A DNA stretch of 64,000 nt from the human T2T-CHM13v2.0 reference genome, Homo sapiens: assembly GCF_009914755.1 (NCBI RefSeq), contig NC_060926.1; one strand, 5' to 3'. Each line of letters opens with the position of its first letter. Position 1 is the first letter of the stretch. Under the pieces are notes generated by a model, which saw only the letters and a list, made by a program, of their open reading frames with translations, did no database searches and was not told the origin of the DNA. Made by a program: the position numbers and the translations under genes. This document shows, one piece after another, positions 12,052 to 25,125 of the stretch.

Positions 12052-15000
12052 AAGAGACCAGGTCTCCAGACCACCCAGCGGGGACATGGGAGCTGTGACG
12101 TGGAAGCAAGTGTACCCTCGGCCAGCCCAGCCCTGAGCAAGGTGTCCCAGGGTGGTTCAGCCCGGAGCCTCGCAAGAGGGGCGTTGGTGTCCACCAGGCC
12201 ATGGGCGGCAGAAAGGGGGCAGTTGAAGGGAAGCACGTAAAAGGCAGGACCGCGGGGATCCCTGGGTGGTCTGCCCCGGCTTGGAGGGAGAAAGGACTAG
12301 GAGGTCAGGCTGGCAGAGATAGGGCTCTGTCCTGGGGTAACTCGATGCAGGACGCTCTGCACTGGCATTTTGGGAGGGGGCAAGGGCCAGCCTGGAGGCT
12401 GAGCAGTGACCAGACTGAAACATGACAGGGGTTAAATCGGGCAGAGGTGGGGTTGGGCAGGAGGGAGGGGGACGGTTGCAGGAGGGAGGGGACCCTGTGC
12501 ACCACCCAATTCTGGCTTGAGCAGCTGGTGGCATGGGACACTCCGGAAGACTCCTGGGGACTCCGGGGTCCTGAGAAGCATCCAGGTGAGATCCTGGGAG
12601 CCGCTGGTGGGTGGGGCTGGCAGGAGGGCAGATGTGGGGTCCCCAGCATCTGGCTGCCCCCAAGCAAGGTGGAAGTGGCCCCACCAGGAGACAGCATCCA
12701 AAGGGCCAGGTGTCCCCAGGCCGGGCCAGGCTGCCTGCGGGCCATGGGCAGCTGCGCTGCAGAGGCCTCAGTGTGGCTGGACAGGCTGCTCAGGAACAAG
12801 GGTCCTTTGGTCCAGGGGCTCAGAGCCCCCACCTCCCTGGAGCCCTATCAGGGAGCCCAGGCCCTGTTGCTTCCATAGAAAGGGAGGGAGCTGGAAGATC
12901 AGGCCCCTCGTTTACAGATGGAAAGACGAGGCCCAGAGTTGGGTGCCCCTGACCTGGAGCTGCCTAGTCCTGCAGGGCCTGGTCACCCCTGCACTCTCCT
13001 AACCATGCCTGACATGAGCAAGTGAGCAGCAGCTGGGCCTTGGGCTGGGCGCTTCCAGGCCCGCACTCTGTCTCTGCCCCCTCTGGGGCCTAAGTCTCTG
13101 TTCTGGGGGCCTGTGACCTCAAGCTGGAAGAGGTGTTGGGTCCTGAGGTCCAGAGGGAGCTGAGGTGGAAGCAGCACTGAATCCCTCTCTCTGGGGAGGA
13201 CCTGGTCCCGCAGAGGCTGTGTGTGAGCTGCTGGCCCAGGGAAGCCCCAAATACCCACCCCAGCTGAGCTGACCTTGTGTGGGGGACAAGGGAGGAAAGC
13301 ATCCATGGGCTCCAGAAACAGCGACTGTGGGAAGACTTCACTGGGAGGGTGAAATGAACCTCCCTCCACTGTCCAGTACATGCCTGAGCATCTGAGGGAC
13401 CTTCTAGAAGTTTCCATCTGATGGCAACCCTCCCAGGGAATGCTGAGGTGGCCTCCAGTTCTCTGCCTGTGACCCTCATCTGGTCAAAGGCCAGGTCGGT
13501 CACATGTCCATACCCCCACAGCGTTGTCTACAGGTTAGAAATTGCCACACAGAAAACCAAAGATGTCTAACATTTGGTCACACAGCCGTGCAGCCAAGTA
13601 TCACAAGCAGATGTCCCGTAAACAGGACAGAGTTTATCCTGACGTTCAGTGGTGGATGTTTTAACAGATCTGAACTGCAGTGCCTGGAACTCACAGAGGG
13701 CGGGATCCCAGTTCCCCTTGGCTGGGGGAGTTCGCTCGCTGAGGACACACTGGGCCACTGGGCAGCACTGGCTAAGGCAGCTGGGCCGGAGGGGGAACAT
13801 TGGAGAGTCCCCTCCTTCTCCATTCTGCACCGGATGTGGGGACAGGCATTGAGACTTCCAGAGTTTCCGGTTTATTCTAGAGTACACACTGAACAACCAC
13901 GCAGGTGGCTGCTGAGCCAGGGGTCTCCCCTCTCCCCACAGAGAGCTGAGGTCTGCAGCCTCGGGGACTGAGCGGAAGCTCCAGCCCGGGTCTCAGGGTC
14001 TTCTGACCCCAGCTCCACGGCCTCAGCACTGCCACCCAGGAGTGGCCTGGACAGCTCATTCATGGGAGGGTGTCTTCCAGCCCCATGGGCCATCGCATGG
14101 GAGGGGAGCCTGTGAAACTCAGTGGTGCAGGAACTAGGGGGCAGGCATAGAGAGGCCGGTAGGGGACACTAGAGCCAGGCCCCAGGGACAAGGATGACCA
14201 GCCACCTGGCAACCTGGAGACAGAATCCCGCAGGCAGCAGGAGCCGTGCACGGGCAGGGCTCAGGCACCAGTGGTGAGGGGCAGCGCCAGTATCTGCCTC
14301 TCTCTTGCCAGGAGCACAAGGGCTCCTCTGCACCCTCCCTGCTGGACCAGCCCCTCCCATCCACCTCCCACTGCAGCCTAATGCTCCCGCCCAACTGCAC
14401 AGCCATCCACACCTGCGTCCCCAGCCCCAGCAGCTCCCCTGCTGTCCCAACCTGGGCCAAGCCCCTTTCTGTGTCCCAGAGGCCCTTTCGCCCAGGCGGC
14501 CGCCTCTTCTTAACGCGGGCCTCACGCTGTGGCACCCAGCACCCAGACGTGGACCTTGAGGTTCCAATGAAAGGCCCTGGGCCCGTCCACTCCCCGGGGG
14601 AGCCTGCATCCCCTCCAACCGGGATTCCAGCCTGGGGGGTGGGGGGGGTCACAGCTCACCAGGCAGACAGCTCAGCATTGCAGGTGTCACAGCAGCTCTC
14701 GATGCAACCGGCTCCTCTGGGTTTCTGTCAAGCCCAAGAGCCTTCGCCCCACGCACAACAGAGACAAGCCCAGCGTAGACAGATATGATAACACAGGGTT
14801 GTTCTAGACAGGGGCTTGGACATACTCTGCAAGCAGGGTCGGGCCACCTTAGCCGCCTGACAGGGGAGGAATCACCGCTGAGGGCGGGTTCGGGGTCAGA
14901 CAGGACAGGAGTCTGGATTTCCTCCTGAAGCGACAGAGCCATGGAAGGTTCTGGATGGAGTCGGAGACCAAGCTTGGGGCACAGAGAGGATGAAAGGACG

Positions 15001-17798
15001 GGGGTCGGAGATCTCACCAACATTCCCTGACCCTGGACACAGACCCCCCAGGGTGACCAGCCCAGGGCCCGGGGCCTTGGACCCACCCCCTCTTCCTCCA
15101 GGACTGAGGACTCCTGTCCTCCACCCTGACCCAGAGGAATGTCCTGGGCCACCCCACTCAGCTGGTGGTGGAAGCCTCCTCCTGGGCCCATGGCGGGTGC
15201 CCCCAACCCATACAAAGAAGGGTAGGGTCTGCCTCTGGGTAATGGGATGTCACCTGCCCAGCCCTGCAGCCCAGAGCCTCACAAGCCCAGGGGAGACAAG
15301 GGCATGTGAGTCCCAGCCCCAAAGGCCCGTGGACGGCCCCAGGGCAGGCAGGACCTCTGAGTTCTGTGGCCCACCCTGGACTCTCCTGGGCGCCCCTCCT
15401 AGAGACAGAGGCTGCCCCAGGAATGAGCACCCCCGGGGTCCAGCAGTAGGTGGGCGATGGGAGGCAAAGGTGCTCAGGCCGGGCCCCTCTCGGCTCCAGG
15501 CTGCCCCTGCAGCCATGCCCCTGGCCTGAGGTGCCCCTCTGAAGGAGAACTGAACCTCCGCAGTTCGCCTAGAATTTCCTGGGACCCAGCCACATGGAGC
15601 CATGAGCACACAGAGGTGGCCAGATTTCATTCAGAAGCTGGGTTTCCACCTCACCTGTTGTGTCTTCTGTCCCATCTCCTACCAAGTGAACAAGGAAAGG
15701 GAGGGGCTAAGATCGTCCACCCCACCCCTCCCTCTCTTCCCACTGTCCACCGTCAGTGCCAGGGTGAGGCCAGCACAGTCTCCAGGCCCATCAGGGCACG
15801 CGCTGGTCATGACTGGCCCCAGCCCCGGCCGGGCTCCGTGCCTGCACCCTCCACCCTGCCGCCTGGCCGCCGTGTGGGCTATGACCTCCTACAGCCCCTC
15901 CTGCCTGGGCAGGGGCCTAGGCTGCACCTGTCGGTGAGGGCAGCTGGGGTCCTGCCTGGGGTCATTGGCAGCAGCTGGCACACAGCCCTTGGCTGACCCA
16001 AGGCAGAGCGCGAGGACACCTGCGGGAAGGGCTTGACGAGGGTGCAGCCCCCTCCTACCTCCGTGCTGGATAATGGCACCCCCAGACCCTGCGAAGTGCT
16101 CAGCCCTCCTTGCCCAGGTCGTGGTGGTGCAGGCGAGGGGCAGACATGGTCTCGGACAGACCACAAACAGACTCCAGACAGACAGGCAGTGAGGCCGAGG
16201 CAGCAGCAGGCCCGGGAAGTCGTCCCCTGTGGAAAGTGGCCCACCCCTGCCACCGCAACAATGACCCCAGCTGCCTCCATCCAGACTCAGGGTCCTCACC
16301 CCTCATAGGTCCTCACCAGGCCCTGCCTCGTCTGGAACGCAGGGGCCAGACAGGCCCAGATGCCCCTCCCACACCACAAAACCCTTCCTTTGTTTTTAGT
16401 TCTTCAAAGAGAGCACAGGAAATGCCCCGGGCGCTCCCCTCCCTGGCCAGCCCCTCACATCTTGAACCACTTGGAGGAGTCCAGCCCTCATCATCCACAG
16501 TTTGCTCCCCGAAGCCCAGCTCCGGCCAAGCCTTCCCAAGGAAGCCTCTAGAAACAGGGCATGTCAGGTGGACATGGATGGGTCCTTGGCTCTGTCCCCA
16601 GGGCCACTTTGAAAGGAGGCCTTGGAGCTGGGAGGGAGCAGCCCCTCCATGATGTCCTCCCCATGGGTTGCTGCATGGGGCCTGCCCCGGCCCTGGAGGC
16701 CATGAGGGAGCCCTTCCCTGTCACCTGGTCACTGGAGACGAGTGTGTGGCTTGCGTGTGTGTGTGTGCATGCACAGGATGGCACACACGTGTGCATACGG
16801 GCATGGGTTTATCCACGTGGACGTTCATGTGTACACACACACCTTGACACACGTACACACACATAGACTCGTACACACACAGTCTCACAAGAAGGTGTCA
16901 TGAATGCAGGGAAAGCTGTGGGTCATGCTGCGGTGACCAGGGCGGGAGAATGGGCAGACGGGGCTGTGAAGCTGTGCTTGGTTGCTCAGAGGCCCCGGCC
17001 CAAGCTCCAGAGCTCCCACGGCCTGTAGAGGGGAGGACAGATGCCCACTGCTGCCCCAAAGGTCCCTACTTCCCTCAGGCAGGACACCAAGCTACCGAGT
17101 CGCCTCTGGGGCTTGGGGCTTGTCTTTCAACCCTGGCCTCACGTGGGTGGGCAGAGAAAGGTCCCACAGGAGCCCACTCCCCTCCCCCTGGCCATCCCCC
17201 ACCACACCAGGCACAGAGGTTGTCTGCTGCTTCCAGGAGGGCATCTCCTTGGCCCACTCCGTCTCTCCCAAGCACAACTTCCACCATGCTTCTTCCCGCG
17301 AAGCACAGTGCCATGTCACAGGTCCTCAGGGGCCACAGGCTCGACACCCTCATCTTGGCATTCGGAATCCTCCCACTGTCCTGCAGAGACCCTGACATGG
17401 AGGCCTCAATGTGGGACACGCTGGTATCCAGCACACAGGCTTTGACCCTCGGTGGCCAGCATCAGGCCCCTGCACCGCACCTTGGTAGCTGTGTGACTGC
17501 CTGCGGGCAGTGTGTGGCATTCACTCCACGGCACAGCCCCCCCCCGGCACCCACAGGGCTCACAGGGAGTGGAATCAAGCGTGTGGTCAGTGGTGGTGCA
17601 AATGGATGGCTGTCAGGTTCGGCTGGCTCAGGGAGCAGCAGCTGCAGCTCTCACTGTGAGCCCGAGCAGCCGCCCTGGCCTCCCTTCACCCTGCCACCCA
17701 CTCTGCGACCCCGTGCATCAGCACCCACGCTCACGAACATGGAGAAGAACCCCCGGATGCTCACTCATGCTTCCTAGTGTGAACAGCTGACTCAGTCA

Positions 17799-18437
<639 letters not shown>

Positions 18438-18460
18438 TTATCCTGAGAGCCTTCACCTGA

Positions 18461-19092
18461 TTCCAGCCGCAAAGCCCTTTCCAGTACGGCCCATTCACAG
18501 GTTCCAGGTGCAAAGCCCTTTCCAATACAGCCCCGTTCACAGGTTCCAGGTGCAAAGCTCTTTCCAGTACGGCCCATTCACAGGTTCCAGCTGCAAAGCC
18601 CTTTCCAATACAGCCCCGTTCACAGGTTCCAGGTGCAAAGCTCTTTCCAGTACGGCCCATTCACAGGTTCCAGCTGCAAAGCCCTTTCCAATACAGCCCC
18701 GTTCACAGGTTCCAGGTGCAAAGCTCTTTCCAGTACGGCCCATTCACAGGTTCCAGCTGCAAAGCCCTTTCCAATACAGCCCCATTCATAGGTTCCAGGC
18801 ACAAAGCCCCTTCCAATATGGCCCCATTCATAGGTTCCAGGTGCAAAGCTCTTTCCAATACAGCCCCGTTCACAGGTTCCAGGTGCAAAGCTCTTTCCAG
18901 TACGGCCCATTCACAGGTTCCAGGCACAAAGCCCTTTCCAATATGGCCCCATTCACAGGTTCCAGCTGCAAAGCCCCTTCCAATACGGCCCCATTCACAG
19001 GTTCCAGCTGCAAAGCTCTTTCCAATACAGCCCCATTCATAGGTTCCAGGCACAAAGCCCCTTCCAATATGGCCCCATTCACAGGTTCCAGG
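18461..19092 (+). repeat. 41/42-bp minisatellite, ~15 copies, with 83-bp dimeric higher-order structure in the 5' part
   Basis: Unit ttccag(g/c)tgcaaagc(c/t)ctttcca(g/a)tac(g/a)gccc(c)(a/g)ttcacagg; starts at 18461, 18502, 18544, 18585 and 18627. Confidence 0.96.
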
Positions 19093-19429
19093 TGGATGTG
19101 TCTTTTTAGTGTTGGGGAGGTGGCACGTTTCACCCAGTGCTAGTGGCTGGACATAGATAATGGGGGTGACGGCCTCTGTGAGCCGTTACCAGCCCCACCT
19201 ACTGCGGCCCTAGGCCCTGGAAAGGCCTCCCATGCTGGCAGCTGAGTCACCTGTTCCTGATGGTTTTGTGCCACAATGATGGCCAGCTCTCCTCCCAGTG
19301 GGCAAAGACGGTCCTCGCTGGCCCCTGAGGAGCCCTGAGCACTGGGCAGGCTGCGGGAGGAGCCAGGCCAGGGCAGCCACTTTCAGATCTGGGTACCAGG
19401 CTGCCCCACTGCTTCTATGAGCAATACCT

Positions 19430-19565
19430 GATTGCTTTGCTAGTAAAGATCTTATTCCACTTGACAAGGAAGACTGGAACCCAGAGAGGTGAGGAGATTT
19501 GCCCAAGGTCACACAGCAGCAGTGCAGGAGTCAGACTTAAGCAGCTGCCCCCAAGTCCTGCTCTT
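19430..19565 (+). mobile_element. MIR fragment
   Basis: actggaacccagagaggtgaggagatttgcccaaggtcacacagc (MIR core). Confidence 0.8.
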
Positions 19566-20059
19566 GTAACAACCACCCTTAAAGGATCTGTTGTAAAGAA
19601 AATCCAAACTGGAGTTGTATGGTGCTCTGTGAAGCCACCCCTGCCCGCCCCCGGGATCCTCAGCTGCTGCACTCACAGTACTTTCTGGGAATGTTCTCCA
19701 CCTGCCTGAGGTCATGGACCTGCCAGGGGCAGCGGGCTTCAGTAGCCATCCATGGAGGTCTGGCCCAACCCCGCCATTCAGGACAACTCTGAGGGCCAGC
19801 CCAGCTGCAGCCCTCCCCACAGATGGGCAGAGCCACTGCTGGACATGGGTCAGCTCAAGGCCTCCCCTCAGAGGCTGCTCCCAATAGCACCTCCATGAAC
19901 CTCAGCCCATCTCTTCCCCAGAGTCTGTTCCAAGAACTTCAGGCCCAGTCAAGCTCATCACAGTGTTATTTAAACTCGTAAAAGGAGAGGAACAAGTTAA
20001 AACTCCTCCCTAGGGAAAGCTCAGTAAATGGTGGCACATCCACCAAGAGGGGCCCCTGC

Positions 20060-20565
20060 AGGTCTGCACCTGTTCAGGTGTGTGGAGACTGTCCAGGTGT
20101 GCGTGGAATCCAGTCGGGCGTGTGTGAAGACTTCGGGTCTGCATGGAGCCTGTTCAGGTGGGTATCAGCCTATCCAGGTGTACATGGAGCCCGTTCACAC
20201 CAGTGCAGAGTCCTTCCAGATGTGTGTAAAGACTCTTCAGGTGACATGGATCCTGTCCAGGTGTGCATGGATCCTGTCCAGGTGTGTGTGGAGCCTGTCC
20301 AGGTGTGCATGGAGCCCATTCAGGTCAGTCCAGAGTCCTTCCAGATGTGTGTAAAGACTCTTCAGGTGTGCACGGAGCCCATTCAGGTCAGTCCAGAGTC
20401 CTTCCAGATGTGTGTAAAGACTCTTCAGGTGTGCACGGAGCCTGCTTAGGTGACATGGATCCTGTCCAGGTGTGCATGGAGCCCATCCAGGTGAGCATAG
20501 ACCCTATGCAGGTGTGCATAGAGCCTGTTCAAGTGTGCACAGCCTGTCTAGTCTGTGTGGAGTCT
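20060..20565 (+). repeat. Degenerate 21-bp minisatellite with 63-bp higher-order unit
   Basis: Variants of caggtgtgcatggagcctgtc; a 63-bp block recurs at 20331 and 20394. Confidence 0.9.
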
Positions 20566-21209
20566 GGGGCTTGATGGAAGAGCAAGTTTCCCAACTCTAC
20601 ACACCAATTACAGCTGAATAAAAGTGCCTCATCAGGGTAAGGGATTAGCAGTAAATTCCCCGAAGATGCTGAGCTTGCTTGTGTTCAGCTAGTTTTCTCT
20701 TCTCTCTTTCCAGATGTTTTGTAACCAAATTTGCATTACTTTTAGAATAAACATAAGTATAGAAATACGAAGTGAAGACTGAAGGTCGGAAGGGCACCAG
20801 CAGGGGCCCCATGTATTGGCCAGACCCTGGGGATGAGTCAGGCCCGGCACCGCCTAGTGCCCAGCGGGAGCCCACACCCACCCTCCTAACCAGAGTGGGA
20901 CCAGCTCTCCTGACATCACAATGCAGGGGCAAGACACAGGCTCCACCGAGAGTCAGGGCCAGGCTGGCCAGGGCCAGGGCACTGCCCACTCCATCCTACA
21001 GGTGGGCCCCATGGCAGGCCTCTGGCAGGTAGGCCAGTGCAGCATCGTCCAGACTCCCTGCCTCATGGCGTGCTCCTGGCAGACCCTCTAGGCCAGGCCA
21101 CTCTTTTTTTTTTTACCAAACCCCAGGTGACCCGGGACTACCCCTCCAGCACCCCCTGCACTGCCCAGAGTCCTGTGAGCTCTGGCACAGTCCAGGGGCT
21201 ATGACTCGG

Positions 21210-21335
21210 AATAGGGATGTTACCAACCCCTTTCTACAGACGAGGACAGTGAAGTTCAAAGAGGGTTGGCGACTTGACTGAGGACCACAGCCAGGAGGAT
21301 GGGCCAGGATCTAGGATCTAGCCCAGGTCTGGGGG
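21210..21335 (+). mobile_element. MIR fragment
   Basis: cccctttctacagacgaggacagtgaagttcaaagagggttggcgacttg...accacagcc. Confidence 0.7.
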
Positions 21336-23558
21336 CTCCAGACCCCACCTTTGGCCTGCTGCCACCGGGTGTGTGGGACACAGCAGGAGTCAGGGTTCCA
21401 GCACCGTGGAGTCCGCCTGCCAGGGCGAGGCCCTGCCTCAGGCTCGCAGAAGCTGAACAAGACGTGGCAGAAGTAATTGCAGATAATCTTCAGGCCCAGA
21501 AAAGACAGCAGGCAGGAGGGTCCTCCTGGCTGTGGTCCTTGGTCAAGTCACCAACCCTCTTTGAACTTCACTGTCTGGGCCTGTAGTGTCCCCACCAGAA
21601 ATACCCTAGCCCTGAACACAGGATGGTGACAAGCACTAAGTGACAGGTGCAGTGCCAGTGCCTTGGGAGGCGCTGCCGAAATGCTCTCTGACCCTCGTCG
21701 TCGTCCAAGGACTCACTTCTAACTGCACCAGGGGGACAAGTGGCCACGCCTCATCACCAGCTCCTTCCCTTCTTCTGATTCTAAAGAAAATACCGGAAAT
21801 TCAGAAATTGCAAAAAAGCAAAAATTACAGAGAAAAATATTTAAAGCCAGCATAAATCACTGCCAACAAAATCTGAAATATCTGTCATGTTTCTAATTCA
21901 AAACAAGTTTGGATGGTTTTTCCCACGTCTGGCCACCGGTGCTTCTTCCCTTACAGACCGCAGGGCCCCACTGACGCCAGCGTCCATCCCTACGCTGGCC
22001 TCTGAGAGCCTGGAGAGCCGCGCCACCAGCCACCGTCTTTCCCACGGGCTGCGAGCACTGCTCCCACCGGCAGGGCCTCTGCCTTCTGCTGATGGTGTTT
22101 TCTGAAATGCAGATGTTTGTAAATTTCCAGGCTTTCCAATGGAACATCTGTGTCTCCCTGGCTTCTTCCTTCACTTTGTTACTTTTATGCCGTCCCTTAG
22201 AAGTTTTCCAGAAGTTTAAAATGCCGTATTTCACAAGTGACTGCTAATACACATGTGAACATGTTAGGACCCAAAGGCGGAAGGAGGTGCAGACATGGGA
22301 GGCGCCCACCCCTCCCTCCCTGGGCTGCTGGGGCCGGGTGGCCGGAGCCCAGCGAGACTGGCCCGGCAGGCTGGGCTTGGCCTAAGCAGAAATGGAGCCC
22401 CTCTGGGACAGCACAGCAGACCCCTCATTTTCTCCCTCTGAGCAAGGTCTGTCCAGCAGGCCACGGGGCAGCCCGCAGGCGCCAGGGTGTGGGGTGCCCC
22501 ACTTCATCTTTTCACATCCACTCGGAGTGCATCCCCCCAAAACTCTGAGCGTGTGGGGCTGGTGGGGGCATTGAGGCTGTGCTGCCTCCCCAGGTCCCCA
22601 CAAAAGCGAGTGCTGGGTTCCCCCGGAGCCGCGTGGCTTTATGAGACCCTTCCCCAGGAGGTGACCTCAGCAGGGGGATCCGATGCCTGGGTGACGCCCT
22701 TTCCAGACAGCAACATCAGTGACTGGTGGGTGTCAGGGTGTGAAGCCCCAGGCCCAGCCGTGTCCAGGATGCAGACACCTGGGAAGGGAGAGGGCAGGGG
22801 TCTCGGGAAGCCTCCGGGCAGCTGTTCCCAGCCCCACCTCTCTCTGCCCACACTGCTGCCCTCACGCCAGGATATGGACCCCAACGTGTCCCCAACAGGC
22901 CTCCACCCTAGAGGTGTTTCTAGACCCTGACCTAAGACACACGTCTTACCTTAGAATTGGCCGTAGTTTTATTTCTGCATTTAACTTTCTAATCCACTTA
23001 GCCTCACTTGGGTTATTATCTGAAGCTGGAATTACCCCTCCCATCCATTTGTCTGTGTTTCTGGAGCTAACAGTGGTTCCAGAAGTCACTTTCCCAGGCC
23101 CCTGGCCCTGAGGGGGCTGAGAAGGCCGTCCTCCCTGTCCCCTGCCCTGCCCCCCGCTGGGCAGGGATTCTGTCCTCCTGATCTCTTGTCCATCTTTCCA
23201 GGCAGCCAGGCCCAGGCTGGTCCTGCCCTGAGGGGAGGGCAGGGGACGGGAGCAGGCAGGTTCCTCCATCCCACCCTGGAGGCCAGCAGTGAGGATGCCC
23301 TCTCCAGCTTCCCTAGCCTTCCCAGGGGTGTGTCGTTTGTAACCGGGAGGGTCGGTAAGGTGAAAGGATGGGCTGGGAACTCACCAAGTGCTGGCTCCAT
23401 TCTGCCAAGGGCCCTGACCAGCGCACACCAGGGACCCACCAGCCTACAGTGAGGGCCACCCTGCTGTGACCACAACACGCCATCTTTTCATAGGAATATA
23501 TCTAGAGAATGGCCTCAGTCCATAGAAGCCTGCTCTGGAAGGTAAGGGGTGATCAGGG

Positions 23559-23638
23559 CAGCCTGGACACAGGCCTCGGGTGCCCACCAGCCTGGACACA
23601 GGACTCAGGGACCCACCAGCCTGGACACAGGACTCAGG
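23559..23638 (+). repeat. 29-bp tandem repeat, ~3 copies
   Basis: cagcctggacacagg at 23559, 23588 and 23617. Confidence 0.9.
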
Positions 23639-24794
23639 TGTTTAACAGCCACCTGTGGGAGGTGCAGGGCAGGCGCAGGACAGGGAAGGGCGGGGCTGGG
23701 CAGCCTCTCTTTTGGCACTGCCCAAATTTGGGAACCTTGACTAGATGCCTACCCTCTCCAGAACTGCACCTGTCCGAGGTGAGCCCACAACTTTGAGGCG
23801 CAGCCTTCCCCTCTACAAACCAGCCCTGGGCGGTGCTGCCACCAGGACAGCAGGGCTTGCGGGGCTAGAGAGAGGAGGGAGCACAGGAAAGGGCCAGGGG
23901 TTCTGTTCCAGCCACAGGCAGGGCTGGCAGGGCTCCTCTGGAGACCCCTGCCCCAGGCCCTGCCCACGATTTTTCATGTATGACTTGATTTTTTCAGCCT
24001 CAGTTTTTCCATCAGAGGATTGGGGGCCAGGTGGGGAGGGTCCCGGAGATCGAAGGGGAGAAGGAACAGGGAGATAAGGGGTCTGAGCTCTGGGACGGGC
24101 AGGTGCAGGGTCTCTGCAGCTGCTGGGTCTCTGCAGCTGCTGCACCTGCCCCACTGCCCTCAGGGACCCACAGCCCAGGAGGTGGGACGGTCGATGCCTG
24201 CCCAGACAAGGCCTGTGCAGCCAGGATGGAGGATGGCACATCAAAGGGGACAGGCTGCAGACGGGAGGTACAGAGCCCGGCCCCAGAGAGAAGGGTAGTC
24301 CCTGCAGCTGGGAGCCACCCTCCACAAGCGCCACCATCACCACACCCCCCAAGGCCTGCATGAGCCCAGAGGAGGCATACAGACCACTCCGGGCTCTGGG
24401 GAGGGCCCAGCGGGCTCTCTGCTGGGATGGGGAATGCAGCCTCGGGGCGTTTGGCTGGGTGTGTTTATGAGCTGGCGTCTGGGCGCACATCATATGAGCA
24501 TGCAGGATATCCACAGGGAGGGGCCGGGGAGGGACCGTGGGTGCATGTTGTGTGTGGACATGGGTCCCAGCCCTGACCGTGCATAGGCACGCGCACAGTC
24601 ATGTGGACGGCCACAGGTCATGCCATTTTGCTGGGAGGATGGAAGCTCCCAAGGGTTTCTGTGACCCCATCCATTGCCCCTCAGTCTGTAGATGAGGATC
24701 TGGGTCGGGGCTGGGGGTGGATGAGTACCTTGATATCCATCCCACTGCCCACAGCAGGACCATCTCCTGGGAGTCAAGAAAAGACACCCCAACT

Positions 24795-24968
24795 CACCCT
24801 GGAAAGGTCAGGAAGCTGACTCTGTCCCCTAGAGCCTCAGAGGAGCAGCCATGGGACCCCTGCACCATGGGACTTCGGCCCCTCAGAGCGGCAAGGGAAT
24901 TAACTTGTGCTGTTTTAAGCCACTGGTTTGAGGGTCGCTTATTACAGCAGCCCTAGGAAACTCGAACA
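24795..24968 (+). mobile_element. MLT1 LTR 3' part
   Basis: cccctagagcctcagagg...gctgttttaagccact...ttacagcagccctaggaaactcgaaca. Confidence 0.8.
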
Positions 24969-24980
24969 GTGGCCGGCTAC

Positions 24981-25125
24981 GAATCCTGTGCCCATGGAGC
25001 GGGGTGCGGGAACCCCTGTGCCCACGGAGCAGGGGTCTATGAACCCCTGTGCCCACGGAGTGGGGTGCTTGGAAACCCTGTACCCACGGAGCGGGGGGCA
25101 GGAAACCCTGTGCCCACAGAGCGGG
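24981..25125 (+). repeat. ~30-31-bp minisatellite, ~5 copies
   Basis: Variants of gaacccctgtgcccacggagcgggg directly after the MLT1 end. Confidence 0.9.
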
